Positions 12,904 to 25,427 are shown, numbered from the whole stretch's first letter. The stretch: DNA of 59,896 bases, filler included, from Dirinaria sp. TL-2023a (GCA_051941275.1; 8 parts of 8 records of this genome joined end to end with filler, not necessarily neighbours in it), one strand, 5' to 3'. A program made the numbers and translations. Notes: a model not told the origin generated them from the sequence alone.

Positions 12904-14623
12904 ATGCCCGGCCAAAAACCCGCTCCAGATATTACGGTTGAATCTCTTCCAACCCTCCTCAAGAATGATACCAAGGTCAAGGTGGCTGGCATCGACGTCG
13001 ATGGCATCCTGCGCGGCAAGGTCATGGCTAAGAAGAAGTTCCTGTCCATCGCCGCCGATGGCTTCGGGTTCTGCTCCGTCGTTTTTGGATGGGACATGCA
13101 TGACGAAGTATATTTCAAGGAACTCAAGATTAGCAACAAGGATAATGGCTATCGGGATGTTATTGCTGTGCCAGACCTCGGCAGCTTTAGACGCATACCT
13201 TGGGAGGACAATGTGCCGTTCTTCCTGATCAGTTTTAGAGATCCTGACACAGACAGTCCACTCAGCGCGTGCCCGAGAAGCTTACTGAGGACAGCGGCGG
13301 AGAGATTCGAGAGCCAGGGAATAAGCGCCCTAGCTGGAGGTGGGTGTGGGGAGCGGCATTGCTTGCTACCCTTGCGATACAGCATTTCGAGCAACAGCAA
13401 GCGATGGCTGACCGTGTAATGCCGTAGCGGAGTATGAATTCGCCCAATTCCGAGCCCCGGCGGAGCACAGTTTCCCCACAAGCGAGCGCAATTCCTCGTC
13501 TACAGCAAGATTTTTGAACGAAAATCCAGTCAACGCCTTACCTCCGCTCACAGAAGGCATGTTCGGTTACAGTCTGACACATCCTCTGCACAACCAGGAT
13601 TACTACTACGGTGTGTACGATACATGTGAGGCTTTCAATTGCGGTATAGAAAGCTGGCATACAGAAACCGGTCCAGGTGTCTACGAGGCGGTAAGCACCC
13701 TCAATAGCAGCGACTTGAAGCGCTCACAAAAGGCTGATACTCAATGCTATTATAGGCTCTCGAATACGGCGAGATAACAGCCATGGCCGACAAGGCCAGT
13801 CTTTTCAAGTCAGTAGCTCTCTTTCCTATCTTCTCAACCGTATACACCATAGATTAGATCCCTACTAACTTAATGGCAGGTATGTCGTCAAATCTCTTGG
13901 CAGCAAGTTCGGCATAACGCCCTGCTTCATGGCCAAACCGCGACAAGGCTTCCCAGGCAATTCAGGCCATATGCATGTCTCTCTGACCTCTCTCTCCACC
14001 GGCACCAACCTCTTCCACCGCTCCTCGCCCGATCCAAACCCTCCCTACCCCGACCTAGCCCACGTCTCTGACCTCGGCCGACATTTTCTAGCAGGCCTGC
14101 TTGACGGGCTTGACGATATCTTGCCCATCCTTGCACCCACCATCAACTCGTACAAAAGACTGGTAGAGAATTTTTGGGCCCCAGTGACGGTTTCATGGGG
14201 CTTAGAACATCGCGCCGCTTCGATCCGACTCATTGCTTCACCGAGTTCGCCAAAAGCAACCCGCTTTGAATTTCGCGTTCCCGGCGCCGATGCGAACCCA
14301 CATTTCGTGCTCGCAGCTATTCTGGCCTTGGGCTATCGGGGGATCGACAAGAAACTGGAAATCAACCTCCCACCGCTGGGGAAGGGTGAGGAAGTAGGCA
14401 GCGAGGCGGATCGAGGGATCCGACTGGCGAAAACCCTCAAGGAGGCGAATGAGCGGTTTATGAGGAAAGGAAGCGTGGCGAGGGAGGCCCTGGGGGATGA
14501 TTTTGTGGATCATTTCGGGGGTACAAGAGAGCATGAGGTCAGGATTTGGGAGGATGCTGTTACGGATTGGTGCGTATTTGCCTTCCCTCATTTCCCTCAT
14601 TTCCCTACGAAATCGAAATGGAA

Positions 14624-14654
<31 letters not shown>

Positions 14655-14741
14655 AAGAAGAAGAAGAAGAAGAAGAAGAAGAAGAAGAAGAAGCTAAATT
14701 CTCTCGGCAGGGAGGTGAAAAGGTACATCGAGACCGTTTGA
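12904..14741 (+). CDS. Glutamine synthetase-like protein (GSI / gamma-glutamyl ligase type)
   Basis: Five exons. Motifs DVDGILRGK, AEYEF, WHTETGPGVYEA, GNSGHMHVSL, INSYKRL, WGLEHR, RFEFRVPGADANP, and C-terminal VTDWEVKRYIETV after splicing out 14570-14710. Confidence 0.92.
14625..14693 (+). repeat. (AAG)23 microsatellite inside the last intron of the GS-like gene
   Basis: Perfect 69-bp AAG tract. Confidence 0.97.
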
Positions 14742-14976
14742 ACCAGGCAAAACCACGCCCTATATCTACGTATCCTCCCACGCACACGGAAACGCCGGAA
14801 TATGGAAACCATGTACTCCTACCTCAGACAGGCGCTAAACTTAACTTTTGGAATCCAAATGCACCTCTGACGCTACCTTCTTGCTGTCTCTTATATTCAT
14901 TCTCGCGTATCCGATGTTACAAATTCCATGACTCCAGTCTTACAACTTCCCTTTCTGATCACACCACCCGCCCCCC

Positions 14977-15076
14977 NNNNNNNNNNNNNNNNNNNNNNNN
15001 NNNNNNNNNNNNNNNNNNNNTTAATTAATTAANNNNNNNNNNNNNNNNNNNNNNNNNNNNNNNNNNNNNNNNNNNN
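14977..15076. other. Artificial contig linker
   Basis: N44-TTAATTAATTAA-N44. Confidence 0.99.
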
Positions 15077-15695
15077 GACAGGTATACTCCACCTATATTA
15101 ACCCTATATAGCCTACCTCCATCTCCAATAACAAACCACACACTTCCTACACCACCTCCCACCACTCTACTCTACAACTTCCCATTCTCAACCCCCTTAG
15201 AGTTAAACCCTTTGTAAGACTTACTTCCGCCTCATCTTATTCAATCATGTACTCGTACCTCCATAGAAGGCGAAAGGGGGGGGGAAAGAAGAAAACTATC
15301 TCTCATTTGAATATTGAATATTGAATAAAATATGTAAAGTCTCTGAGCTAGCAAAGCGCAGCGAGTGAGCAAAGTAAGTAATGCAAGTACCTAATAATGC
15401 TAATGCGTACAATACATCCCCTTTCCCGGGGGTTTAAAAAGACCAAAGACCGGGGATCGAGAGATTCTAGAGGTCTTTTTTATGGGAGGCAGGAGGCAGA
15501 GATACACACACACCCTGTAAAAAACCCATATGCAGATCTAGAACCATAAGGCAATCTCGCTGTCTTCATCTCTTCCGTTCTCACATCCTTTCAAAGTCTC
15601 TTTCTTCTACCTAATACCTTAGGAATGAAGAATCAATCCACATCCCTCCATCTCATTTCACGACAAAACACACACACGCATTACTATCGATGCCA

Positions 15696-18600
15696 TCAAT
15701 GCATCCATCCTTTACTTAATGAATCATGCACTCCCCCGCCCTCCGCACTCCCCATGCGCCACGATCAACGCCCTCAATATACCCGATTGAACGACCGAGT
15801 TCTCGCACGCGCACTGCAGCGTGCTGCCGCCGTCTCGGAAATCGAGCGTCACGCTGTGCGGCATCTCCTGCCGGTCTTGGTCCGGGATGAAGGGCGGGTG
15901 GAAATCGGACAGGAGGTAGCGTTTGGTGGTGATGCGCGAGGACTGGATGTGGTGGCATTTTTGCCGGTGGTTTAGTTTGGGTTTGTTTTTTTAAGTGGGG
16001 GGAGGAGAGAAAGGGAGCTTTGGAATAGGGGCTTCACTAGGGGCAGAAATGTAACATGAGGAGGGCGACTTACGCTTTCGAGTTTCGAAGGGGAGAGAAT
16101 AAGTGCGCCTTCATTGATGGTCATGTGTCGCCTTTTCCACAGCTTTTTGAACCAAATTCTCTTAGCTTGCGTGGACTTACTGCAGAAAATCAGGGAGCTA
16201 GTTAGGAACTTACCAAGGTATCTGGGAATTGGATATTGACGTCACCCATATCCACCGCCGCCATCGCAACAGGCACCGCTTGCACAGCAGCAGCAGGCTC
16301 GGGATGCTCCGCTATCGGCTGCTCCCGTTCCCGCGCCGGGCCAGGGCTCAGCGCCGTCGCGATGCTGCGGCGCGACGCCGACGTGATGTTCGACATACGT
16401 TTCAACATCCGGCTCTTCCTCGATCCTTTCTTCTCCTCTTTTCCCCCACCGTCCGAGACCATGCCGCTCAGCGAAACCTCGCTGGCAGAGCGCGAGAGAT
16501 TGGTATCGCTGCCTCTGCGGCTGCCGTTCGATGCGCTGTGGATCGAATCTCGCCTGGAGGAAGAGCCCAGGAACGATTCCCGCTTGTTATAATCTGGGGG
16601 ACTGGTGGACAGATTCGAGGGGGCGGTAGTGTGCCGCTTGACTTGGGGCTTTTTGGTAGACAGCCGTGGTGGATTGGTGTCAGGGTTGAGGTGCTCGACT
16701 TTCAAGGGAGAGTAATGGAGATCCGCGGCTCGGGTTACAGAAGAGTCATGAGAGATTGGGGATGCTCGGTTTCGATCATCCCTGACAATTTTCGCGGTCA
16801 CAGATATAGAATCGGGTCGTGATTTCCCAGGTTGACTCGCAACACTGACGCTGACGAATTGGTTGTAGGGTTTAGGGGTAGCTAATTTCGGCGAGGCCAG
16901 GTCGAAGCCATTCGCGGAAGGAGACAATGACTGACGACTAGTCGGACGATCGGACGGGCGTGATCGGCTCGGAAAGGATGACTTCCGCGACCCAAGGCTA
17001 GCATAAGCTGGAGGAGGGTTGGCAGGTGAATGCAGTACTGAGGAAGGACTTGTAGGTCGGCTCGACAGGGTTTCAAGAGCTTTAATGCGCTGGGAAATGC
17101 CAGAGGATACTCCCACCTTTTTGAGAAGTGGCGGCGAGGTCTCTGAAGGGCTGACAGATCTTGGGCGGGAGACCGAAACAGAGCGTGGCGGTACGAGTGA
17201 CGCCCGCTGTGGGGAGGGAGTCTTGCGGTCAACCATCATGCTGGTCTCAAGCGGACTTGAGACGCTTCGAGGATTCCTCACAAGCTCCGGCCGCTGCTCG
17301 CTTGTGGAACGCGGGAAATCGGGCATGACAGGGGATTTGGATACTCGAACCGGCTTTGCTTCCTGGACAGTTGCGCACTGGAGTTCCTCCATGAAAGAGT
17401 CATCAGACAGAGATTGATCGTCCGAGTTCTCCCCGCTTGAAACCCTTCGAATTGGCTCAACCAGGCCATGCCTCCGGTTTTGGCGTGAACTCCGACGGTC
17501 CGGGAAAGTCTCGCTAGTTGATATTCGCATCCCTGTAGAGGCCGAGGTATGAATGGCTGTGCTATCTCCCGTCTGAGGATCGCTAGTGACTTGATCCACT
17601 CGAAGAGACGGGGTTTCGATGCTAGGGATTCTCTGGATTGGCGGTTCAGAAAAGAATGTGGCTGGCTGTGACCTTGAATACGCCTCTTCGTTTTCTCCCA
17701 TGGGCGACAGGGGGACTTCCTGAGGGCTGACAGATTCTGCGACTGCGCATGGTGGTACTTTTAATATCTGGGCTGTTTCTGGCGATTGGCTGGCACCTGT
17801 GCTCTGCGGTGTTGAAAGTATCGAAGTCGCTGAATTCTCTTGTATTCTTCCCAAATCGATAGCGGGCTGGTCTTCCTTGGGTGCATTTTCTACTTCTGTA
17901 GCTCCCTTCTGATCTTCACGTCTTAGAACATCGTCCGGTGCGCTTTCTACACCTTCTCGACTGTCTCCACCTTGTTGCGGCCCTGTTCCTTCTTCTGGGA
18001 GCCTTGTTGGTATCTGTGTGGAGAGCGAATTCGTAGTAGCGATGTCATCGTGGATCTGTGTTCTGGCATCTGCGGCCGTGGGTTCAGGGCTAATAGGCCG
18101 ATTTGATGGGCTCCGAATGTCATTTCCCGCGTCATCCTCTATGCCGCCTGGATCCTGCTCTTCTGTGTCAGCGGCCGGTGATGTGACATTTCTTGCAAGA
18201 TCAATTGGCCCTGCAGTAGCGCCCTTCGTGACGTCTTGCTGCTGCTGCGCCTGCGTATCATCTTCCTCGGAGACGGAAGAAGCTTGGGTAGACGGGCCTT
18301 CTGATACTTCAGGTACAGATATTGGAGAAGCTTCTACAACGGCTGTATCGTCTTTGCCAACATCCGTGCTGCTCAGACGCACCAACCCCATCTCTTCCTC
18401 CTTCTCTGCGGCTTGCAAAGTATCAAGGCTTTCCTCTGCACTTGGATCCTCGGACGACCGTATAACGCTATTTTCAAGCTGTATCTTCTCCTTCGCGGGT
18501 TCTGCTGGCTCCACAGGTATTGTTCTCACTGCTAGCCCTTGTGCCGCTTTTTGCGCTGCCAGTTGTTTTTGACGGAGCTCAACCGCTTTCATCAACCTCC

Positions 18601-19850
18601 TCTTCTCTGGTGTCATGTTGGAAGTTTTTGAATTTGCTATGCGTGGACGTGCTGAGATGGGAGTTGGTGGAGGGGGTGGTTGGGACAAAGGTAGCGTGGG
18701 CAAGGACGGTGCTGCATTTTCACTTGCCGCTGAAGTAGACGTAACTTGTACAGGAAGGCTTTGACTTGCTTGGGGACCTCGTTTTACAGGCATTAATTTG
18801 CGTAGAGGCATATGGACGCTGGCTGGTAATGATGACGTTGGTCGAGGATTGTAGCCACGAGATGTTGGATCTGCCGCCACGACACCGCTGGTAGAATCAA
18901 GAGATGGCCGTGGGCCAACCTTCTCCTTTATCTTGAACCCGTTCGCGTCGTAACGATCATATCCCTCTCGGGTAGGTGGGCGAGCCGATTGAAATGATTG
19001 GCGACCCTCAAGGCTCGTTCTGCTCTGTTCCTCCCATTGAACGCTGGCAGGTGCTTTATCCTCCTCTTGCAGTGATGTTGGGATAGGCGGTAACGCCTTG
19101 TCGGAGTTGCGGATAGTGGTGGGTGATTGACTTGGGGATGGGGCTTGCTCGGTAGGTGGAGTGGGAGATTGGGTGTCATCTTGGGTGTCGAGGCGCGTCT
19201 GGCTGGTTTTCGCGTCAGGCAGTGTGACGCTTGTATCGTCCCGACTCTCTTCACACTGAATAATCCCCTGGGTTTCGTTCGCATCCTCCGTGATTTCTGC
19301 TAAACCTTTCCGCCGTAACGAGCTTGCCGACTTGATTGATGCCGGGGAGGTGTGTAATGCGCAAGCTGCAGACAGGGCGTTGTCCGCCAACTCGGCCGGT
19401 GTGTTGAAGGAGAATACTGTATCGGTGGCCGAGAACTTCTCGGATACGGATTGAAAGTGAACCGCTAGACGTGCTAGATTTCATCTTCAGCAGGCAAAGA
19501 TTGCGCGGCGACGGTCTAGTTGGAAAGCGCACCTTGTAGCAACCTCGAGGTCCCTTCAGGCACATACTTCAGTAGCACCTTCCTCCGGCGATAGTGTATC
19601 AAGCCAAAGAGGGGCGATTGCTCGTCATATTGCGCAACAGCCTCTCTGACCTCCTGTATCCCACCGTTGCCCTTTTTCAACAATCCAACCTCGGCTCGAC
19701 TGGTGTATTTGAGCACGAGCCTGTGTGACGATCAATTGAACGCCATGGGTGCAGCTGGGGTGATTGTGTTTCTTACCATCCTCCAGCTTCATTCACGGCG
19801 AAGTGGTAGGCCTCATTGACCTGTGTGGCATCCAAGCCATTGAGTGACAT
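15696..19850 (-). CDS. Large protein with an N-terminal ADF-H/cofilin-like domain, a long Ser/Pro-rich disordered middle and a C-terminal PH-like domain
   Basis: Spliced start MSLNGLDATQVNEAY...GGW|LVLKYTSRAEV...FGLIHYRRRKVLLKYVPEGTSRLLQ|ARLAVHF joins the 1062-aa ORF. The C-terminal exons read DVNIQFPDTL|LWKRR...FIPDQDRQEMPHSVTLDFRDGGSTLQCACE, with the stop at 15696. Confidence 0.8.
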
Positions 19851-20416
19851 GCTCGCACCCTCATCAAACCCTTCTCCTCCAGTCCTATTCTCGGACTACT
19901 GCACCGACTGTGCCTCGAGGATGGGACTTTTTTTCTTGGTCGCTTGTTTCGGCGAGGTCGAATCGGGCGTCAGGGGCTTGCGCGCTTAAACTTTCCTTTG
20001 TCTTAGTGGCGTGTTCTAGACTTCGGGCTCAAGCAGCAGCTTCTTTCTTCTATGGGCTGTAATCGGCGGAGGAGTAACGTAGGGGTGGTGGTGATTCATG
20101 AGATGATGTCGATGATGTTCGAATGTGAAGCTCGACCCGTGCCCTCCTGGTTTATCTTCTCTTTTGATTTTCCCCGTTAAATCTTCCTGCACCCAGCTCA
20201 GATGAAACACGCGGCAGCTTGATCAACCCCTCACTACTTTAGATGTTCGCATATGCGCAAAGTTACGGAGGTACACTTAATTGACATCTCCAACCTCGCC
20301 TACACGTCGCAGCTCCAACTTCCTCGTGTTCATGTTCTCTGCTACACATAAGTCGCCTAATCCATCATAAATTCATCGACCCCATTGCTGCTATATAAGT
20401 TGCGTGTATGTAGCCA

Positions 20417-21059
20417 ATGATGAAGGGCCTGCCTCCGATCTCCAACCTTCCAAGCCTACCACCCCAAGACCGTGCTGCAATCCTCGACTACCTCTTCGAG
20501 CCATGCGTACCCCTTCACACCTTGTCCCTCGAGCTCCTGCGGGACAAGTCGTTCGCGGACTACGATGATCTGATCTCAAGCATAGGGATCCAGCTCAGTG
20601 ACTTGGCCGAGTCGACCTCTACGAGTGATACTCAGTGGCTGCACGACATTCTGGCGGCCCATCCAAGGCTGGGAGAAAAGAAGGTCGACAGTGCTCAGAG
20701 TAGTGCAGAACAAGCGCATTTAAAGGGGGATGAGGGTGGCGAAAAGAAGAGCCTGGCGGACTTGAATACGCTATACGAGCAGCGCTTTCCAGGGCTGCGC
20801 TATGTGTAAGAATACCAACATCCCCCTACTCCGTCCAACATTTGCTTAGAGACGGAATCAGAGTCTTTGTGAATGGAAGAAGTCGAGACACTATCAAGCA
20901 AGATATAGAACTACGCATCCAGCGTGGTGACTTTCGCCTGGAGCGTGCCGATGCGATCAAGGTAGGAAGCACCAGGGTTCGCTTTGCTCTCTGACGGCCT
21001 AACGTGAGCTGTAGGCAATGTGTGAGATTGCCGCTGACCGTGCTCGAAAAATCACATAA
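20417..21059 (+). CDS. OHCU decarboxylase (uric-acid degradation)
   Basis: Three exons. Motifs LFEP, ILAAHPRLG, SSAEQ, LNTLYEQRFPGLRYV|VFVNGRSR and AMCEIAADRA. Confidence 0.88.
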
Positions 21060-21271
21060 TGTATGATTGGCATTGTGTACCTTAACCTACACGCTCCTTA
21101 GGTACATCGAAAAGGTAGTAGAGGGTATCATGACTCATCCACCCTGACTCATTCGCCAAGCTTCCAGTTCTCCTGGAGGATTCAAATTCGACCGCAATGA
21201 AACAAACGCCCCTCCCAAACCTGAATCCATGCATATCGCTCTTCGAGAGAGGCTCAGAAAAGGGACACTGT

Positions 21272-22087
21272 TTAAAAAAATGGCTCCATAGCGCAACGTT
21301 CGCTCGGTAGTTGCAATTGGATTTCTTTGGCGATCGCGCTATTCTCCGGTTTGCTATCGATCAATGGCTTCTGATGGTGCTCAATCAAGACCTCATCAAA
21401 AGGACATAGGGTCTCGTAGTCGTCAGGGTCCGAGTCGTCCTCCGTACCTGCGTAAGCTCCCGGGTCATCCACTAAGATGTCACTTTCGTCGCCCTCCAGA
21501 TCGTCGTCTTCATCGTCAAAAATGTCGTAATTGGGACTCATGTGGGGCGATGGCGTGGAGTTGAGTGCAGTCTCTCTATGCCGCGCATCCACTGCGGGCT
21601 TACCTGACTCGTACTGGTACGGCATTACATCGAGGTCCATGTTCACATCTGGAGCATAGACTGCCACGGCTTGGTGAAGACCGAGCCGTCGTTCAACGAG
21701 CTCCTTCGTCGGCGCTCGGTCTCTTTTAATGCAGTTGAGGATTGCTGCCTTACGGAACACGTTGGTTCCCTCGTTCTGTGGTCGAGCCCAGATGCCAACT
21801 CTGACGGACCCCCGGCCGACGATATGGGTGGTTGGAAAGGCAAATGGTCTGCTCAGCCTCGAGGTGATGAGCTCTAAGCGCAGTCGCCTTTTCTTTCGCT
21901 GGCTGTCCAGGGAATCCTCGCCATCGACATCGGCGAGAATTCGGGGTCGTTTCAGTGGTGTAGGTGAATTGGACTTGGTGCTTGTGGGTGAGGATGACTG
22001 GGTCGACGAGGTATCGCTTGAGGTAGACGAAGAATCTCCCCAAGCAGAGGTGGCATTTCGATGGTGTCGCTGCGAGAGCATGTTCAT
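21272..22087 (-). CDS. Hypothetical protein (basic NLS-like motif, acidic C-terminus)
   Basis: Intronless ORF of about 270 aa with RKKRRLRLELITSRLSRPF and FRKAAILN. The first in-frame ATG is at 22087. Confidence 0.7.
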   Translation of the reverse strand: MNMLSQRHHRNATSAWGDSSSTSSDTSSTQSSSPTSTKSNSPTPLKRPRILADVDGEDSLDSQRKKRRLRLELITSRLSRPFAFPTTHIVGRGSVRVGIWARPQNEGTNVFRKAAILNCIKRDRAPTKELVERRLGLHQAVAVYAPDVNMDLDVMPYQYESGKPAVDARHRETALNSTPSPHMSPNYDIFDDEDDDLEGDESDILVDDPGAYAGTEDDSDPDDYETLCPFDEVLIEHHQKPLIDSKPENSAIAKEIQLQLPSERCAMEPFF

Positions 22088-22505
22088 TGACGCTACCTCT
22101 TCAGCAACATTGTCTCTTCTCAAGAAGCAAATAGAGGGAGCGGTCTGAACGGGTGTAGGAACTGATCGAAGGTGGGTGATAAGGCGGGAGGTATCACTTC
22201 AATCGGCGGATTTATTATTGCGAGCCAGTATTAGATACCCAAACGGTAGGCTTGTGCCATGACTGTGGACCGCCAACGATTATAAACTCCAGACTTGCGG
22301 AGAACCCAGCACGTACGTACAGAGGGCCAATAGGAGAATATCGAACCGTACGGCGGGTTCGAGCAGTGCCCGACTACGCGTGTGCTTTAGTGCTCACAAA
22401 AGGATTTGCACTAAACAAGCTGACGGGGAAGAACGGGACCGCGTGGACGGCTCAATGTCTAAGGTAAGTAAGGTAAGGTGTCGGAGCGTTTGTTCAGGGT
22501 GTGTC

Positions 22506-22605
22506 NNNNNNNNNNNNNNNNNNNNNNNNNNNNNNNNNNNNNNNNNNNNTTAATTAATTAANNNNNNNNNNNNNNNNNNNNNNNNNNNNNNNNNNNNNNN
22601 NNNNN
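22506..22605. other. Artificial contig linker
   Basis: N44-TTAATTAATTAA-N44. Confidence 0.99.
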
Positions 22606-23059
22606 TCCCTCTTCTTCGCTTCCCCATCGCCTGGCGAGCTACAAGACGGAGCCTGGGATCTAGGTACCTTAGCTTATGAAAAGCCAAAGACATGCCTTCG
22701 ACGACGTCGATTGAGAGCTTTCTTTTCCATAACATGACTGCTACAATCTCTGATATGACTACTTACTACGCGCGTCGTCGGTGTTTTCTACATTTTTCAC
22801 GGTTTCTCCATTCATCTTGCTCCCGCTGCTCGGCGCAACTGCACTTTGTAAGTCTAATCGTCGTCTTTGGTGAATGCATGCTAATAAGAGATCCATGTGC
22901 AGATGGTCTACGCCAATGGGCTCGGCGAAGGTTGCGGTTGTGAGAGAGCCTTTCCAAGCTGGGAGCTAAAAAAGAGGGCAAGTAATGAGAAGCAAGCATG
23001 ACGGGTGGGTACTCGCTATTAACGAGGGGAAAGTACATGTAGTCTCGCTCGGTCAGAGA

Positions 23060-25255
23060 CTACAGTTTAAAGCCACCGCCGTGCTTGATCGTTTGCTTTT
23101 CCGCGGTATTCGTCCCTTCAACCTCCTCTACCTCCCCATTCCTTCCAACCACCTTTACCCCACCTCTTTTCAAGTGTCTCATGACTTCATTCCTTTCCTT
23201 CCCTCGTTTCCCCTCCATACTTTTCCCCTTTCCATCAATACCGCCGGTCGCCTTCCTGATCTTTTCCTTTTCCCTCCTCCGCCTCCTCTGTTTCTCTTCC
23301 CTCGACATTTCCGCTCTACCAACCACCTCACCGCCCTTCGTCACAACCTCCTGCCTCTTATCTACCGCATCGCCAGCTTTATAAAATTCCTGCGGGGCCA
23401 ATCGACTAACCGCCGCACCTGCATCAGCAGTTGGCTGTGCGTCCTCCACACTAATCGCAGGCACATCTGCGACAACACTGATATTTGCGCTTGGGGGCTT
23501 GGGGCGATAATACCAGCTGCTCAATGTATCCAACTTCGCGCTAATATCCGCCCATAATGTCTCGATCTCTTGATGCTGCCTGTCCAATCCGGCATCCTGC
23601 TTAGAGATGTAGCTCTCGGGGTCGACTTTTCGTAGATAGTCCTGCTCGTATGACTCCGCGAGGCTTTGCTGTGGCTTGTTGTTATCGAGATCGAAACCTC
23701 CTTGCTTATAAGTTTGCACGGAGCCGGTGACAATATTCGATGGGCGGCGCCGGATCACTTCGTCGAAGTCACGCGCGAGGATGCGCCGTTTAATGAGGGT
23801 TTCGATGTCTTCGCTCACTTCGTTTGTGATAACCGGGATGGGCTTGCCTACGTGCTCGAACTCGAGGTCTTCTTCAAGAAGAGCGTTCAAGGGTCGATCT
23901 GTCGCTCGCGCTTCACCACTAAGTGTCCACGCTCGCTTGGCCACGGCGGCGGCTTCCAGGCGACGGATTTCAGCTGCAAGAGCAGCTTGCCGTATTTGAT
24001 GTGAAGAGTGGCGTTCACGAGGGTCAGTTTTTTCGACATCCGGAGAGGAGGGAAAGTCGCCTTCGAAGAGGTCACGGCGGACGGAGGAAATGGTATGCTG
24101 AATGTCTCCTTCAGCGGACCTTTCGCGAGCGCGGGTCGAGTAAGAAGATGGTTGAGTTTTGGGGAGGGCGCGGGATCGCTTAGATGCCTTGCACGCGGGC
24201 GGAGCGAAGAAGTTGGCGTACATAATTTCATTTGTATTATCACGGATGTCATCGTGAGTGCCGGCGGACACACCCGAAGCACTGTCAGAGTCGCTGCGAT
24301 CCTTGAGGCCGCTATTGCCAAAATTTGGTCCAGAATCCTCCGATTCTTTGTGAAAAGGCGTGCCGTGTTCGGATTGTAGGTTTCGGAACGATTCTGATGG
24401 GAGGGTAAGAGATGAGGGGTCGACATCCCAATCCACATCCTCGTCACCGCTTAAGGCGCTGTCGTTAGAATCGCCACGAGTATTTTGTTGTCCAAGGAAT
24501 TCAGACTGTTGGTTAAAATCATCGATTGAGAAGAACCCGTCGTTTAAACCCCACTTGTCTCGCTTAAAAGTTTCTGATCGCTGAGCGCTGGCCTGGTTTT
24601 CGTCGCTGCCATTTTCGCTGTCCCCAGCCCCTGCGATATCATCCGACGTAACTTCTCCTTCAACACCGTCGAAAGAAGTTGTGTTCTGACAAAATGTGTC
24701 TTGCGTGGCATCAAGTCCGTTCAAGTGAACATTCTCGTCGTTCGCACCCACTTCTTCCAAATTTGGGGTACTGATTTCAGGTCTTTCAAAGTCGAATCGT
24801 ACAGCACTGACAGGCTCTGACTCATTTCGGGTTCCATTGTTCGCCTTCTCCAAGCTCTTTTGAGCCCGACCATCGGCAGGAAGGTCATGCAGAAATCGTT
24901 CAACCTCTTCCCGGCCTGCGTCTAGAATTCTGCTTGCTTGTTCCCATATCTGCCCAACCCCGAATCCTTCCGTGTTTACTTGCGTCAACCGAAGCAGGTG
25001 TCGATTATCGTGCTGGTCGGCCTCGCCACGTTTCCGCTTCTTTCTCACATTCTGCTGTCTTCGCGCCTGTGCTTCGCTTACGCCGGCGGCAAGTGGGTCA
25101 AGGTAGCGTTTCGCGAGGACGAGAGACGCAGCGTATAGGCTGGGTGGGGGCTGCAAGAACTTATACCCAGACGATGTAATTGTGTGAGACAAGAGCTGAT
25201 CTGATGCAGAGGGATGGGTGCAGGGTCCAGGAGAGCTTATTGCTAGATGTGCCAT
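23060..25255 (-). CDS. MPP10: U3 snoRNP / SSU processome protein Mpp10
   Basis: Motifs GLNDGFFSIDDF, WTLSGEARATDRPLNALLEEDLEF, IKRRILARDFDEV, KLDTLSSWYYRPKP and LAPQE, plus a basic C-terminus. The ATG at 25255 is the likely start. Confidence 0.93.
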   Translation of the reverse strand: MAHLAISSPGPCTHPSASDQLLSHTITSSGYKFLQPPPSLYAASLVLAKRYLDPLAAGVSEAQARRQQNVRKKRKRGEADQHDNRHLLRLTQVNTEGFGVGQIWEQASRILDAGREEVERFLHDLPADGRAQKSLEKANNGTRNESEPVSAVRFDFERPEISTPNLEEVGANDENVHLNGLDATQDTFCQNTTSFDGVEGEVTSDDIAGAGDSENGSDENQASAQRSETFKRDKWGLNDGFFSIDDFNQQSEFLGQQNTRGDSNDSALSGDEDVDWDVDPSSLTLPSESFRNLQSEHGTPFHKESEDSGPNFGNSGLKDRSDSDSASGVSAGTHDDIRDNTNEIMYANFFAPPACKASKRSRALPKTQPSSYSTRARERSAEGDIQHTISSVRRDLFEGDFPSSPDVEKTDPRERHSSHQIRQAALAAEIRRLEAAAVAKRAWTLSGEARATDRPLNALLEEDLEFEHVGKPIPVITNEVSEDIETLIKRRILARDFDEVIRRRPSNIVTGSVQTYKQGGFDLDNNKPQQSLAESYEQDYLRKVDPESYISKQDAGLDRQHQEIETLWADISAKLDTLSSWYYRPKPPSANISVVADVPAISVEDAQPTADAGAAVSRLAPQEFYKAGDAVDKRQEVVTKGGEVVGRAEMSREEKQRRRRREKEKIRKATGGIDGKGKSMEGKRGKERNEVMRHLKRGGVKVVGRNGEVEEVEGTNTAEKQTIKHGGGFKL

Positions 25256-25404
25256 TGTGTCTTTCGCAGATGCCGTTGCCTCGCAATTTCGATCTCCGTG
25301 TCTTTTTCCTCCCCGAGTCAATTCATAAGGTAGGTAAGGTCACCATGCCCGTCCCCTCCTCAATACTTCAGGGTTGGGTCAAACCCTAAGGTCAAGGTTA
25401 GCCC

Positions 25405-25427
25405 GTAAGGTAAGGTAAGGTAAGGTA
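25405..25427 (+). repeat. (GTAAG)n micro-repeat, one member of a dispersed TAAGGTA/TAGGTA motif family
   Basis: gtaaggtaaggtaaggtaaggta, lying between the divergent MPP10 and SPX/VTC genes. Confidence 0.8.

Noticed and set aside
14497..14812. ORFs with poly-Arg, poly-Phe or poly-Ser tracts
   Set aside because: These are alternative frames of the intronic (AAG)23 microsatellite.
22606..23001. Short + strand ORF with an intron-like segment at the start of contig 4
   Set aside because: No frame gave a consistent, recognisable protein; it could be a truncated gene end or UTR.
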